Source: Zootoca vivipara (taxonomy: Eukaryota). From it: DNA of 64,000 nucleotides. The stretch is from the NCBI RefSeq assembly GCF_963506605.1, contig NC_083292.1, positions 14,880,001-14,944,000 on the forward strand, written 5' to 3'. Made by a program: the position numbers and the translations under genes. Each line of letters begins with the position of its first letter. Positions within the stretch are counted from its first letter, which is position 1. This document shows positions 29,401 to 42,650 of the stretch, piece by piece. Below the pieces are notes generated by a model. The model made no database searches, was not told the DNA's origin, and worked only from the letters and a program-made list of their open reading frames with translations.

Positions 29401-32400
29401 AGTACATCCAGAGCTTCACAAATGAGACGTGGCTGGAGCGGACGGGCAGCCCTCTGGACGGGAAGGTGATCACCCTGATCTGGTCCTTTGTGGTCTCCAT
29501 CTATCCTTTGGGGGGGCTCGTGGGAGCCCTCCTCGCGGGCCCCATGGCCATTAAGCTGGGAAGGTGAGGAGGCACCTTGTAGATTTCTGCTTCAGTGGGC
29601 TAAGACTCGCAACCGTTTTCAGCTGCTGATGTCCCATGGGAGACCTGGCCCTCTGTCAGTCTGTTGGTGGAGGGCAGGGCCGGATTTAGGTTTGATGAGG
29701 CCCTAAGCTACTGAAGATAATGGGGCCCTTCATATGTCCAGCTGTCCTTTGTCAACAACAAATTGTCACCTTTTTTGTGTTGAATATATGTTATATGGTA
29801 ATTTATGGACCTAATGGGTATCTAAAGCCATTTGCACTTAACAAAATACATATTTTATCAAAGTAATTGTTGAACTGAAATACAATTAAGAATTTTGGAA
29901 ATGTACATCCAGGTTTTGCTTTTTTCCTTTAAATTTTTGGGGGGCACCCAAGAGAGTGGAACCCTTGGCTATAGCTTGGTGGCACTGGTGGAGGGGTGGG
30001 GGTGGCTATTGCAGAACTCACGCAGCCTGTGTTTTAGACATTGAACTTTTTACTGCCAGCATCTCAGTGCCTCAATTTATCAGTTACATTTAATTAAACC
30101 AGTTACAACTTGATATGAAACTGAAACGAATCTTGTTCCAATCAACCTAACCTGATTCCAAGTGACCTGGGTTGTTGTTGTTGATTTTTTTTGTTGGGGG
30201 GGGAGCAGGGTGGATAAAAATCAATGATTTTTTAAAAAAAATCAAAAAAATCGGATTTTTTTTGCTTTAAATTGGATTTTTTTTATTTAAATTGGATTTT
30301 TTTAAATAAAATGCTTTTTGAGGAAAATATATTACCACCCAAAGGTTATTCCATCATGAAATAAAGATTAGTTTTTTAATTATGTAGAATAAGGTTGTAT
30401 ATGTTTAATTTGGGGGGTAAATAAATTCCATTGATCCATTCACAATGTCATGCTCTTCCAGAGGTTTTTTGTAAGATTATTGGGCAGTCTCTCTGCCTAC
30501 AAGATATTATCACAGGTGCTTGGTTTACTTTTGCAGTTCTCAAAACTGAATTTGACTCAACAGAGATCACATGCCTCTTCTTCCCAGCAAAAATGTTCTA
30601 ACATGAACAGAGTTGAGAAAAAGACCTTAATCCTATTGTTCTACAAACCTATGAATACAGAAGCAACCCCTTCAGTGCTAAGTTTCAAGAAGTTCAGTGA
30701 ATAGAATAGAAACAATATTTTTCTGATTGTTTGGAGTGGACAGTATTTAAGTTTTTCATGTGTAGGCTGGGCTGACAGTCTAAGTTTCTTAAAATATATA
30801 TGTTTTGTTTTTGTTTAGCCAAATTAGTTAACAAACATGGATGTTTGTTTAAGCAAATAACATATGCTGTAATGTTATTGTTTCAGTTGAATAAATCTAT
30901 TTAAATTGTTATTATTAAGGTAATGATTATTTTTCTCCTTCCTAAGTATAACAGTAAAGTTGTCCAAATATGAATGATTAACCTATTAAACTGGGGATAA
31001 AAAACTAATATGAAAAGTTGTTATTCTAAAAATCTTCATCTACTTGCATATTAAAGTTATACCAGCAAGAATTAGTCTTTATGTAGAAAACTATGATTTA
31101 AATCAAGCCTTACTGACTCGTGATTTAAATCAGTTTGATTTAAATCAAATCCACCCTGGGGGGGGAGTATTGGCAAAGCCCAGGTGAGATATCTGGGTGC
31201 TGGTCCCAGTATAGCCCACTCACTGAGGCTGCCTCTGCTTGCTTTGGACGGTAGCTGTGGAGTTCACCCAAAGTCCAAGAACCATTCCCACCCTCATTAT
31301 CTCCTCCTGCCAAGACTGACATTCATCTCCCTGGGAAGAGCTGGGCGTTCCAGTCAGCTTTTCCTCCTGCTGGGGGGGGGTGTGTGCATGTGGGTGCAGC
31401 TGGCTTTATGAGCAAGGGAAGGGCAGGGCCAGGAGCCGCTTCCCTGGGCCTTGGCAGTGATCCTGAAGGGAGAAGGGGCTGTTAGGGTTGGTCAAGGCAG
31501 GGGGCATCGGAACTCGGTGTTGACCAAGGAAAGTCACTGTGCCAAAACCGGCGCACGAAGGGGGAAGCACACAGGGGTGTGATGTGCATCCTCATTATGC
31601 CTGAGTCCTTTTATCCCTCTTTCTTTCTCCGAAGGAAGAAATCTTTGCTGCTGAACAACTTGTTTGTGGTCTTGGCTGCGGTGTTGGTGGGATTCAGCCA
31701 AATGGCCAGATCCTTTGAAATGATCTTGCTGAGCCGATTTCTTGCAGGAATCAATTCTGGTAGGTAAGGAGGAGCGGGTGAGTTTCAAGGTTCCCTGCAG
31801 GCCACACCACTGAAAATGGGGACTGTGTGCGAATCTGGCAAGCATCTAACCAACTGAAGGGTAATCAGGCAGCCCTTAAGTCTTCAGGCAAGGGATCCAT
31901 GTCAGAAGATCCTTCTCGGCCGGTTCTTTGTCATCCCGAGAAACAGGGCCAACTGGGGTGCTGCGGGGTTCTGTCCTAGGCCTGGCGTTTTTCAACATCA
32001 TAATAAATGACTTGGATTAAGGAATTGAGGGGATGCTTATCAAATTTGCAGATGGCGCCAAACTGGGAAGGGCAGCTCATGCCGCAGAAGACAGAATTGG
32101 GATTCGATATTACCTGAAAACAGATTGGAGAACTGGGCCAAAAGTAACAAAATTAATTTCAATAGGGACAAGTTCTACACTTAGCAAAGAATAACCAGAG
32201 ACACAAATATAGGATGGGGGACAGCTGGCTACACAGCCGTGCACGATCTAGGGGTCTTAGTAGACCACCAGCTTAACGTGAGTCAACAGTGTGGTGCAGC
32301 AGGGGAAAAAGCAAATGCTATTCTAGGCTGCATCAACAGAAGTATAGTGTCCAGATCCAGGGAAGTAATAGTCCCGCTCTATTCTGCCTTGGTCAAACCA

Positions 32401-35400
32401 CACGTGGAGTACCATGTCCCGTTCTGGATACCACCATTTAAGAAGGGTATTGACAAGTGGGAAGGTGTGTAGCCGAGGGGCTACCAAGATGATCAAGGGT
32501 CTGGAAACCAGACCTTATGAGGAACAGTTGAAGGAGTTGGTTATTGTTTAGCCTGGAGCAGAGACGACGGAAGGGGCATGATTAATTGGCTGAATGTAAG
32601 GAAAGCAAGCAGGGGGCTGGGAGGCAAGTGGCTCCCTCACCTTCGAACATTCCTAGAGCAATAAACAAAGTCGATAGTTTAGGGACACGAGAGGGGGAAA
32701 CATTAGGACGAGATGCGAGGCTGGTGGGGAGGAGGAGATGACAGGCGAGTTTAGGCAAAGCTTAGAACTTGGAGAAAGTTACTGTTGTTTCTGCAGGTCA
32801 TCTGAGCAATGTCATCTGAGCAAGTCCCAGCCAGTCTGTGGCCGGGGGGGGGGGGGCTGGGGGGCGAAGAACTATAGATTGGAGCACTGTCACATTCCTG
32901 AGCCTGAGATCCTTGTTTGTCTCTCCTCCTGGCCAGGTGTGGGCATGAACATCCAGCCCATGTACCTGGGAGAAAGCGCCCCAAAAGAGCTCCGTGGAGC
33001 CGTAGCCCTGACGTCTGCATCCTTCACGGCCCTGGGGTTGGTGATGGGACAGGTGGTTGGACTGAGGTGAGGCTTCAAGGGGCATCCTGGGGAAGCTGTT
33101 AGGGGGGCCGGGTACCATCCTCTTTCCACCCCCCTAAAAAAGAAGAAAGAAATCAGCAAGGCCACAGCAAACCTCTGCATCTCTTGCAGCAAAGGGTTTA
33201 CTCCAAGCACAGCAATCCCGGCTACTTGGTCCCATAATGATCTGCAGCATCTTTGCCCAGAAAACTACTTGGATGCTGATGCCCTTCCTAGGGCACAGAG
33301 AAAGAAGCTGGGGAAGGGCTAGTATTAGGAATATAAGGGGCTGCTTTCTGCTGAGTCTGACCCTTGCTCCATCTAGCTCAGCATTGTCTCCACGGACTGG
33401 CAGCAGCTTTCCAGGGTTTCAGGCAGAGAGTCTCTCTCAAACCCTACCTGGACATGCCATTCGGGATGGATTTGGGGCCTTCTTCCTCTGAGCTGCAGCT
33501 CTTGCATTTTATTATTTCTTTGTATGGGGTTTTAATGTGTTCAGTTGCTTCTGGGCCACTGTTCTGTGTGCGAAAAGTGACAAACAGACATAAACAGAAA
33601 AAAGTAAATATGCACATTTGACTCGGCGAGGCCCAAACTGCCGGCTCAGAAAGGTTCTGCTCACACAATTCTGTATTTTTAATAAAAAAATTTCCTTCAG
33701 TAGCACTGGTGATAAGTTGTAATTCAGCAACTTCTCTTTCCAGTCTATTATTCCAGTAATTCAGAAGTTGCTGAATTACAACTTATCACCAAGCTCAAAA
33801 CCATGGAGGGACCTGGTTTGAACAGAGATATCGGATTCTTATCTCATTATACATGATAAGCGATCTTCAGCCATCTCAACCCTTGCTTTTTCATGCAAAA
33901 CCATTTGCAGTCGTTTTCGGTCATCAACAGCTATCAGTCAGTCAATCACCCACTTCCACCACCCTTCTGAGTGATCCCCCCTCCCCTCCCCATCCCCACC
34001 CCCTCCCCACCCCTTCTCTACATAAGTGCCTGGGGACTCCTATTTCACTGTACCTGAAGAAGTGTGCATGCACACGAAAGCTCATACCAAAATAAAAACT
34101 TAGTTGGTCTTTAAGGTGCTACTGAAGGAATTTTTTTATTTTACTTCGACCCAGACCAACACGGCTACCTACCTGTAACCTGTATTTTTAATGCAGAGAA
34201 ATTTTAGGAGCAGAGGAAAACTGGCCTCTCCTCCTGGCCAGCAACGCAGTGCCTGCTCTAATCCAGCTGGTCTTGCTGCCCTGGGCCCCAGAAAGCCCCC
34301 GGTACCTATTGATCGACCGAGGAGATGAGGAATCTTGCATCTGTGGTGGGTGTGCTCAGTGCTTCTCATTGCTTCTTTAAAAAAAAAAAATACAGCTCAA
34401 GACAAAACTGCCTTCAGGTTCTCCTGTTGCGTCGAGTTCCTCGGTTGCTTCCATTCCAAAGGCTCTGGGTTCCAGTCTGGCCTGGTCTTGATCCAAAAGA
34501 GCAGGCTTCACCCTGCATAAATAATCACTACTCGTGTGTATGTTTAAGGCAAGGTTTCCCAAACTTGGGTCGCCATCTAATTTTGGACTACAACTCCCAT
34601 CATCCATGACCTGCTAGCTAGGGATGATGGGAGTTGTAGTCCAAAAGCAGCTGGAGACCCAAGTCTGGGAAACCCTGGTTTAAGGGAAGATCCATAGGGG
34701 ATGGTGCATGGTTCCTCTCGTAGGGGAAAGTACGGTAGATTCACAACAAGAGCACCTTGAGCGGTTTCCCGTACCCCTGCTATCGCATGCCGTTTGTGGG
34801 TTGCCTTCCTAATTTGCTTTCAAGCTCACTCCAAGCTCCAGGAGCTCAGAGTATGTTTGGAATCCCTAATAAAACTCTGAGCATCTCCTGGAGTTTGACC
34901 GCTCCATCTTCATGCTTGTAGCCCTGATGTTGCCTCTCTTGCTTCTTCCAGCTTTGCAGAAGCTGCGGGGCAGCGACGACCTGGGCGGGGAGATGAAGGA
35001 GCTGCTGGCCGAGCAGGCGGCCCTCCAAGGGATGACAGCCAAGGCCCCCTGGGAGCTCTTCAGGGATCCAGCCGTACGGTGGCAGCTCATCACCGTCATC
35101 TTCCTCACCAGCGCCATGCAGCTCTGTGGCAACGACTCCGTGAGTGGTTGGGGGCAGGGAGGAGAAGGTGGGGGGATCAGCTTGTGTATTGGCAGGGTTG
35201 GCGGCAGTGGCGTAGCATGGGGGGCTACAGAGGCGGTTGCCCCGGGTGCAAAATTGTTAGGGATGCAACATTTCAACCAGGAAGTGACCTCTCCAGACAA
35301 TGGAACAACTCATCTCTGCAGCTGAGATCTCCTGGGCGAGGCAGACACCGGAATGTGCATGCATACTCCAACTGTTTTCCTCCACGTGGCCCCGGGCACT

Positions 35401-38400
35401 GGCAACCTACGCTATGCCACTGGTGTGTGGGGGGGTGCCAGTTCAGGTCTTCGGCTGGGGCCAGGCAGGAGCTACCCAAATGTGCCAGGCTCCAGAAGAA
35501 GAGAGAGACCCTTCTGGTGGGCTTGTCAAAGGCGTTATGAGCCAGGCTGGTCTCTGTGGGGATTTGGCTGTCCTTGACCAACACAGCACAGGTCTGGGGG
35601 TTGTGTAAGAACAGGAGGTGCTCTTTGGAGAGGTGCAAACTGTTCTTGCAAAAATATGCTCACCCATACCACCACCCGCTGTCCCTTCTTCCCCTCCTTC
35701 CTGCGTGTGTCTGCAGCGAAACCAGAGCCTTGCAGCTCTTCATTCATTCATCCTTCCTCCATCTCCGTTTGTGTTCCCCAGATGTACTCCTACGCCTCCA
35801 ACGTTTTCCAAGAGGCCGGGATCCCTTACGACAAGATCCAGTACAGCATAATCGGCACGGGCAGCTGCGAGCTGATCACCGCCATGACTTGTGTGAGAAT
35901 CTCTGCTGCCCTTCGGCAGCAACCCGCTTCCTTCTGCTGCGCCCCCCACCCGAAAAAAATACTGGGTTGTCCGATAGGCAGTGACGGAGAGCGCATGGAC
36001 CTTTTGCTTTGTGAGGGGTGTGTGTGTCTCTGAGTGATGAAGTGGGGAGCCATTTCTGGGGGAGGTGGAGCTTCCGGACAGGGGTGGGAGTCTGCCTTCT
36101 CTCTCACGCCCAGCTCTGTTTGCCTCACCTCAAAATGGGTACTGTTGAGCTGGGAAATGTTCAGAAAAGGGCAGCCAGGGTGATGAAGGGGGTGGAGTGA
36201 TAAAAGGTTGCAGCGCTTTTTAGAGACAAGGCTGAGAAGAGGGACATAAAGGAACTGCGTAAGTTTCACGTGGTATGGGGGGAATGGAAAGAGGGAGAGA
36301 TACAGTAATGTGACTCTCTTGTGCATAGCTAGTTGTGAAACTCAGGGCAGACAAAGGTAAGAACTTTGACTCCATCCTGCTAGCAGAAAGCAGGGGTGCT
36401 CGTGGGGGGGTGCAGGGTCTGCCTTCAGAGCCATCAAATGGCCTGCCCTCCCTCCTTTTATTTCTTACAATGAAGAGTGTTAACCAGGATTTGAGTCTGA
36501 GCCTGGTCTGACTGCACTGGCTACCAATGAGTTTCCAGGCCCAATTCAAAGTGCTAGTTTTGACCTATAAAGCCTTAAACGGCTCAGGACCTCAATTCCT
36601 CAAGGACCACCTCTTTCCATATCAATCTACCCGGACCCTGAGATCATCTTCTGAGGCCCTCCTTTGTGTGCCGCCTCCTTGAGAGGTCCGGAGGGTGGCA
36701 ACATGAGAACGGGCTTCTCTGCAGTGGCTCCCTGTCTGTGGAATACTCTCCCCAGGAGCGTTCGCCTGGCCCCTTCATTACATACCTTTAGGCGCCAAGC
36801 AAAAACGTTCCTTTTTAACCAGGCCTTTGGTTGATCTGTTTGACATCCTATACCCTTTTAAAATGTGGCTCTTTTCTGGGGAGGGGTGTTATTAGGTTGT
36901 TGTTTTTATTCTGATCATGTATGTTGTGATCTTTTAATAATAATAATAAATTTTTATTTATACCCCGCCCTCCCCAGTCAAAACCAGGCTCAGGGCGGCT
37001 AACACCAATAAAATTACAATAAGACATAAAAGAAAAGAAAACAATTAATTAAAATACAGGTTAAAATAAAATATTAAAATTTAAAATGCAGCCTCATTTT
37101 AAGTAGTCCATAAATCCAAACCATGAGGGAGGAAAACACAGGGGTCAGCCTGAATCCAACCCAGAGGCCAGGCGTAACAGCTCTGTCTTGCAGGCCCTGC
37201 GGAAAGATGACAAATCCCGCAGGGCCCTGGTCTCCTGTGAAAGAGCGTTCCACCAAGTTGGGGCCAATACCGAAAAGGCCCTGTCCCTAGTTGAGGACAA
37301 TCTAGCCACCCTATGGCCCGGGATCTCCAGAATATTGTTGCTTGTGGACCTTAAGGTCCTCCGCGGGGCATACCAGGAGAGGCGGTCCCATAGGTACGAG
37401 GGTCCCAAGCTGCATAGGGCTTTAAAGGTCAAAACCAGCACCTTAAACCTGATCCTGTACTCCACCGGGAGCCAGTGCAGCTGGTGAAGCACTGGATGAA
37501 TGTGATCCCACGGGCGGGACCCCGTAAGGAGCCTCGCCGCAGCATTCTGCACCCGCTGGAGTTTCTGTGAACCGCCCTGAGACCTCCTGGTACAGGGCGG
37601 TATATAAACTCAATAATACTACTAATAATAATTAGACCTGCCATGAGTCCAACTCCCTGTTGCTTTGGGGCAGGCTTGGCGTGAGAGTCCTCCTGGCTGA
37701 AACTTTCCTGTGTTGCTTTGCTCCAGAATCTGATCATTGAGCATGTCGGGCGAAGGAAGCTGGTGATGGGCGGATACAGTCTCATGTCTGTGTGGGCCAT
37801 TGTCTTCATGGTGGCCCTGTCTCTGCAGGTAACTGAGCTCTTGAAGGAGGGGCAATGGGTTTTAATGGATAGGAGAGGATATTGTTGTTGTTTAGTCGTT
37901 TAGTCGTGTCCGACTCTTCGTGACCCCATGGACCATAGCACGCCAGGCACTCCTGTCTTGCACTGCCTCCCGTAGTTTGGTCAAACTCATGTTCGTAGCT
38001 TCGAGAACACTGTCCAACCATCTTGTCCTCTGTCGTCCCCTTCTCCTAGTGCCCTCAATCTTTCCGAACATCAGGGTCTTTTCCAAGGATTCTTCTCTTC
38101 TCATGAGGTGGCCAAAGTATTGGAGCCTCAGCTTCACGATCTGTCCTTCCAGGGAGCACTCAGGGCTGATTTCCTTAAGAATGGATAGGTTTGATCTTCT
38201 AGCAGTCCATGGGACTCTCAAGAGTCTCCTCCAGCACCATAATTCAAAAGCATCAATTCTTCGGCGATCAGCCTTCTTTATGGTCCAGCTCTCACTTCCA
38301 TACATCACTACTGGGAAAACCATAGCTTTAACTATACGGACCTTTGTCGGCAAGGTGATGTCTCTGCTTTTTAAGATGCTGTCTAGGTTTGTCATTGCTT

Positions 38401-41400
38401 TTCTCCCAAGAAGCAGGCGTCTTTTAATTTCGTGACTGCTGTCACCATCTGCAGTGATCAAGGAGCCCAAGAAGGTGAAATCTCTCACTGCCTCCATTTC
38501 TTCCCCTTCTATTTGCCAGGAGGTGATGGGACCAGTGGCCATGATCTTGGTTTTTGTGATGTTGAGCTTCAGACCATATTTTGCGCTCTCCTCTTTCACC
38601 CTCATTAAAAGGTTCTTTAATTCCTCCTCGCTTTCTGCCATCAAGGTTGTGTCATCTGCATATCTGAGGTTGTTGATATTTCTTCCGGCAATCTTAATTC
38701 CGGCTTGGGATTCATCTAGTCCAGCCTTTCGCATGATGAATTCTGCATATAAGTTAAATAAGCAGGGAGACAATATACAACCTTGTCGTACTCCTTTCCC
38801 AATTTTGAACCAATCAGTTGTTCCATATCCAGTTCTAACTGTAGCTTCTTGTCCCACATAGAGATTTCTCAGGAGACAGATGAGGTGATCAGGCACTCCC
38901 ATTTCTTTAAGAACTTGCCATAGTTTGCTGTGGTCGACGCAGTCAAAGGCTTTTGCATAGTCAATGAAGCAAAAGTAGACGTTTTTCTGGAACTCTCTAG
39001 CTTTCTCCATAATCCAGCGCATGTTTGCTATTTGGTCTCTGGTTCCTCTGCCCTTTCGAAATCCAGCTTGCACTTCTGGGAGTTCTCGGTCCACATACTG
39101 CCTAAGCCTGCCTTGTAGAATTTTAAGCATAACCTTGCTAGCGTGTGAAATGAGCGCAATTGTGCGGTAGTTGGAGCATTCTTTGGCACTGCCCTTCTTT
39201 GGAATTGGGATGTAGACTGATCTTCTCCAATCCTCTGGCCATTGCTGAGTTTTCAGAGGAGAGGATATATTAATCACAATTTATCCCTCTAAATAAAATG
39301 TTAATAATAAAAAGTTCCACACTTGGGAGAAAAATTGAAGTATGTCAGAATAGGCTGTGAAGTCTTCTTTTAATTACGCCCAGCTATGAAGCTAGCTGGC
39401 TCCCCCTTCTCATTTGCCCCGCTTAACAAAGAAATCAGACAACCGACTGTGGAAGTAAGCTTAAAATAGGATTTACTTACTCATAGTCTTGCACTGGTTC
39501 TCATACAGAAAAGCAGTAAAATTGTGCAGGTAAAATACTTACATTTACAGTAGAAACAGTCTCAGGCATGGCTGGTCAAAGAAAGAGAGGGTTGGAGAGA
39601 AACAGGAAATTACATAGCCCTCCCAGGAGAGGAGGGGAAATGACATCACACAGAACCCTCTCTACCAATTACGGTACATCTCTATGGTCTGAGTCTTCGC
39701 CTATCAGCAATACAGCTCTGTGGTTCTTTGCTTATGAACTAGCAAGAATATGCATTGTTAGATTTTGACTGCAATTTCCCACACAGTTTCCCCTTTGCCT
39801 TTGCCTCCTTGGACTTACAGGATCAATACAGCTGGATGCCTTACCTTAGCATGTCCTGCATCTTTGCCTACATCCTGAGCTTTGGAATTGGTCCAGGTGA
39901 GTCAGAACGGAGCGGACTCCCTCCCTGGAAAGCTGTGCTGTCCCTTGGAGCGCTCACATCCAACCTGAAACATGAGCAGGCACGTAACATGACGTGGGTG
40001 TTTTGTTTGGAAGCTTTGGCATCCATGAGGACTAGATGCTTGCCGATGGAGATTCTCACCTTGATGCCTAAAGCAATTGCTATGGAGACATTCCAAAGAG
40101 AAGGCGGGTGCAGCAGAAATCGAGCAGGTGATATTGGAGGAGCCTCATTTCCCTCCACTCTGTTCTGCTCAACACCCTCCCGGTGGAGATTTATTTCTTT
40201 AAAGCAGGCTTCCTCAAACTCGGCCCTCCACACGTTTTGAGACTACAATTCCCATCATCCCTGACCACTGGTCCTGCTAGCTAGGGATCATGGGAGTTGT
40301 AGGCCAAAAACATCTGGAGGGCTGAGTTTGAGGAAGCCTGGTTTAAAGCCTCTTGCCATTAACACACCCGCACAATCTGGATAGGTGTTAGTGTCCTGGG
40401 GTTGCATTTTGACCCAGAGAGAAAGTGATGAAAAATATGTTTGATTTGCCTAGCTGGCGTGACGGTGATTATGCCCATGGAGATTTTCGACCAGGTATCT
40501 CGCCCGGCTGCCTGCATGATCTGTGGTGCTCTGCTGTGGGCCAACTTGTTCCTGGTGGGCATGGTGTTTCCTTTCCTTGTGGTAAGTGAACTCTGTCCGT
40601 CCGACTGTCATGCTGGGTTGAACCATGGGTCAATGCTGTTGGGGCAGGATAGGAAGTGGGAGAGACCCATTTGAAGCCACCACTCCTCTTTTCTGTCCAA
40701 TTTCGATTTGCATTACAATCCTACTAAGCGGATTTGACAGCCTCCTCCTCCATGAATTTGTCGAAACCGGTTTTTTAATATGCCTATAAATATAATTTTC
40801 TGTTTTTACAATTTAAACATCCTTAAAATATCAATGACTTCCCTTCTCTTTCCATGGTTCATTTTGCATACCATAAATCCCTGCATATTTTACAAAAACT
40901 AAACCATTCAGTATGCATCCATCAAAACCTATTTATAATTTCATCTTTATGCTGCCAACGTTTTAAAGTGTACACAGTTTCTATATGTTAAGTCTGCAAG
41001 CTGCGCATATTCTGTCAGTTTAAGTTGCCATTCTTCTTTGGTTGGGACCTGGCTCATTTTCCGTTTTGGGGCTAACAAAACACGGGCCGCAGTAGTGGCA
41101 CACATAAATAACCTTTTTTGACACCTGGGAATTTCAGTCTGAATTATCCCCAACAAAAAGGACTGTCTAACTCAGGCATCCCCAACCTTCGGCCCTCCAG
41201 ATGTTTTGGATTACAATTCCCATCATCCCTGACCACTGGTCCTGTTAGCTAGGGATCATGGGAGTTGTAGGCCAAAACATCTGGAGGGCCGCAGGTTGGG
41301 GGTACATGGTCTAAACCTAATCCTCTTTTGAAGCAGTCTAAGTTGGTGGCCGGGACGTGGGTGGCGCTGTGGGTTAAACCACAGAGCCTAGGGCTTGCCG

Positions 41401-42523
41401 ATCAGAAGGTCTGCGGTTCGAATCCCCGCGACAGGGTGAGCTCCCGTTGCTCGGTCCCAGCTCCTGCCAACCTAGCAGTTCGAAAGCATGCCAAAGTGCA
41501 AGTAGATAAATAGGTACCACTACAGCGGGAAGGTAAACGGCATTTCCGTGTGCTGCTCTGGTTCGCCAGAAGCGGCTTTGTCATGCTGGCTACATGACCT
41601 GGAAGCTGTACACCGGCTCCCTCGGCCAATACAGTGGTACCTTGGTTTATGAACACAATTGGTTCCAGAAGTCTGTTCATAAACTGAAGCATTCATAAAC
41701 TGAAGCGAACTTTCCCATTGAAAGTAATGGAAAGTGAATTAATCCGTTCCAGACGGTCCGCGGAGTAAGCGTTCATAAACTGAAGCAAACTTTCCCATTG
41801 AAAGTAATGGAAAGTGGATTAATCCGTTCCAGACGGGTCCGCGGAGTACTTAAACTGAAGCGTTCATAAACTGAAGCATGGGTGTAATTGGTTCCGGAAG
41901 TCTGTTCATAAACTGAAGCGTTCATAAACTGAAGCAAACTTTCCCATTGAAAGTAATGGAAAATGAATTAATCCGTTCCAGATGGGTCCGCGGCGTTCAT
42001 AAACCGAAAATTCATAAACCGAGGTGTTCATAAACCGAGGTTCCACTGTAATGCGAGATGAGCGCCGCAACCCCAGAGTCGGTCACGACTGGACCTAATG
42101 GTCAGGGGTCCCTTTACCTCTAAGTTGGTGGCCATCAGGACCCCAAAAGCGAATCCTTAAGCAGCTATCCTTGCTTTGGTGGGAGCAGCTACTTTGGGTG
42201 GGAGGGAGCCCCAGAGCAATGTGAGGAGCACCAGAGGGGACTGTTCAGAAAAGTTTGAGTACGGGGCTCGCTCTGTGTGCATCACGGACAAACTGAAGGC
42301 CTGTTCTTCTCTCTCCCCTCAGGAAGGCCTTGGCCATTACTGCTACGTCCCCTTCTTCATCGTCTGCGTCTCTGCTGCCCTCTATGTCGCTTTCTTCCTC
42401 CCCGAGACAAAAGGGAAATCCTTTCTGGAAATCTCGGCGGAATTCAACAAGCGGAACTTCAAAGTGCAGACTCATGAGGAGTCCAGGAGACTTTCCGAGG
42501 AAACAAAGTCCACCATGTTGTAG
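23469..42523 (+). CDS. SLC2A11: Facilitated glucose/fructose transporter GLUT11, about 504 aa
   Basis: Exons 23469-23513 (putative; an in-frame upstream ATG exists at 23343), 28025-28123, 29403-29563, 31635-31759, 32937-33066, 34197-34345, 34952-35139, 35782-35892, 37727-37828, 39821-39896, 40454-40581, 42323-42523 total 1515 nt in frame. Motifs [27 protein letters not shown]. Confidence 0.94.
24634..25165 (+). mobile_element. RTE-X-like LINE 3' fragment
   Basis: [22 protein letters not shown] zinc finger and an AATAAA(TCTGA)n tail. Confidence 0.55.
25920..26695 (-). mobile_element. L1 LINE 3' fragment interrupted by a Sauria SINE
   Basis: Matches the L1 end at 40790-41160 ([16 protein letters not shown] motif). 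Confidence 0.65.
26073..26425 (-). mobile_element. Sauria SINE
   Basis: GGTGGCGCTGTGGGTTAAACCACAGAGCC head and GGTTCGAATCC B box. Same family as 41352-42119. Confidence 0.85.
26705..26986. mobile_element. hAT MITE
   Basis: TIR CAGGGGT(T/A)GGCAA and perfect TSD CTCTATCT. Confidence 0.8.
28259..28906. mobile_element. pogo/Tigger-like MITE
   Basis: TA|CAGTGGTACCTTG ... CAAGGTACCACTG|TA. Confidence 0.8.
30206..31158. mobile_element. hAT non-autonomous element (~950 bp)
   Basis: TIR CAGGGTGGAT / ATCCACCCTG, AT-rich interior, G-run TSD. Confidence 0.75.
31960..32575 (+). mobile_element. CR1 LINE fragment
   Basis: KFAD-like RT end and [28 protein letters not shown] motif. Confidence 0.85.
33684..34179 (+). 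mobile_element. Penelope-like element 3' fragment with hammerhead motif and inverted 5' piece
   Basis: 13-bp TSD CTGTATTTTTAAT (33671-33683 and 34180-34192). GIY-YIG C-terminal remnant followed by the tail. Confidence 0.85.
34050..34088 (+). ncRNA. Minimal type-I hammerhead ribozyme motif (Penelope-associated)
   Basis: CTGAAGA-A-GTGTGCATGCACAC-GAAA-GC-TC. Stem I has one mismatch. Confidence 0.65.
36505..36935 (+). mobile_element. L2 LINE 3' fragment
   Basis: [21 protein letters not shown]..APxLWN motifs. Confidence 0.75.
36936..37560 (-). mobile_element. L2 LINE 3' fragment
   Basis: [40 protein letters not shown], with a (TAT)n tail. Confidence 0.85.
37883..39256 (-). mobile_element. BovB (RTE) LINE, 5'-truncated, with an uninterrupted RT reading frame
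   Basis: [20 protein letters not shown] and YADD motifs; ends [12 protein letters not shown] plus a (CAA)n tail. 12-bp TSD AGGAGAGGATAT. Confidence 0.93.
40790..41160 (-). mobile_element. L1 LINE 3' fragment
   Basis: [24 protein letters not shown] motif of the ORF2 C-terminus. Confidence 0.7.
41352..42119 (+). mobile_element. Sauria SINE containing a nested Tigger-like MITE (41632-42048)
   Basis: 14-bp TSD CTAAGTTGGTGGCC. The MITE has a TA TSD and internal tandem repeats. Confidence 0.88.
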
Positions 42524-42598
42524 CCCCCAAAGGATGGAGGAGAACGACAGGGACACAGGGAGGGAAAGTTGGCTTTGTGCCACCAGGCAGATCTATCC

Positions 42599-42600
<2 letters not shown>

Positions 42601-42648
<48 letters not shown>
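42601..42648. repeat. (AC)n microsatellite in the SLC2A11 3' UTR
   Basis: About 24 AC units. Confidence 0.95.

Positions 42649-42650
<2 letters not shown>

Noticed and set aside
37920-38861. Antisense ORFs over BovB, and similar ones over the Gypsy ORF
   Set aside because: Shadow frames of retroelement coding sequence.
39356-39714. Possible solo LTR on the minus strand
   Set aside because: Has TG..CA ends and ATTAAA, but no TSD and no second copy to confirm it.
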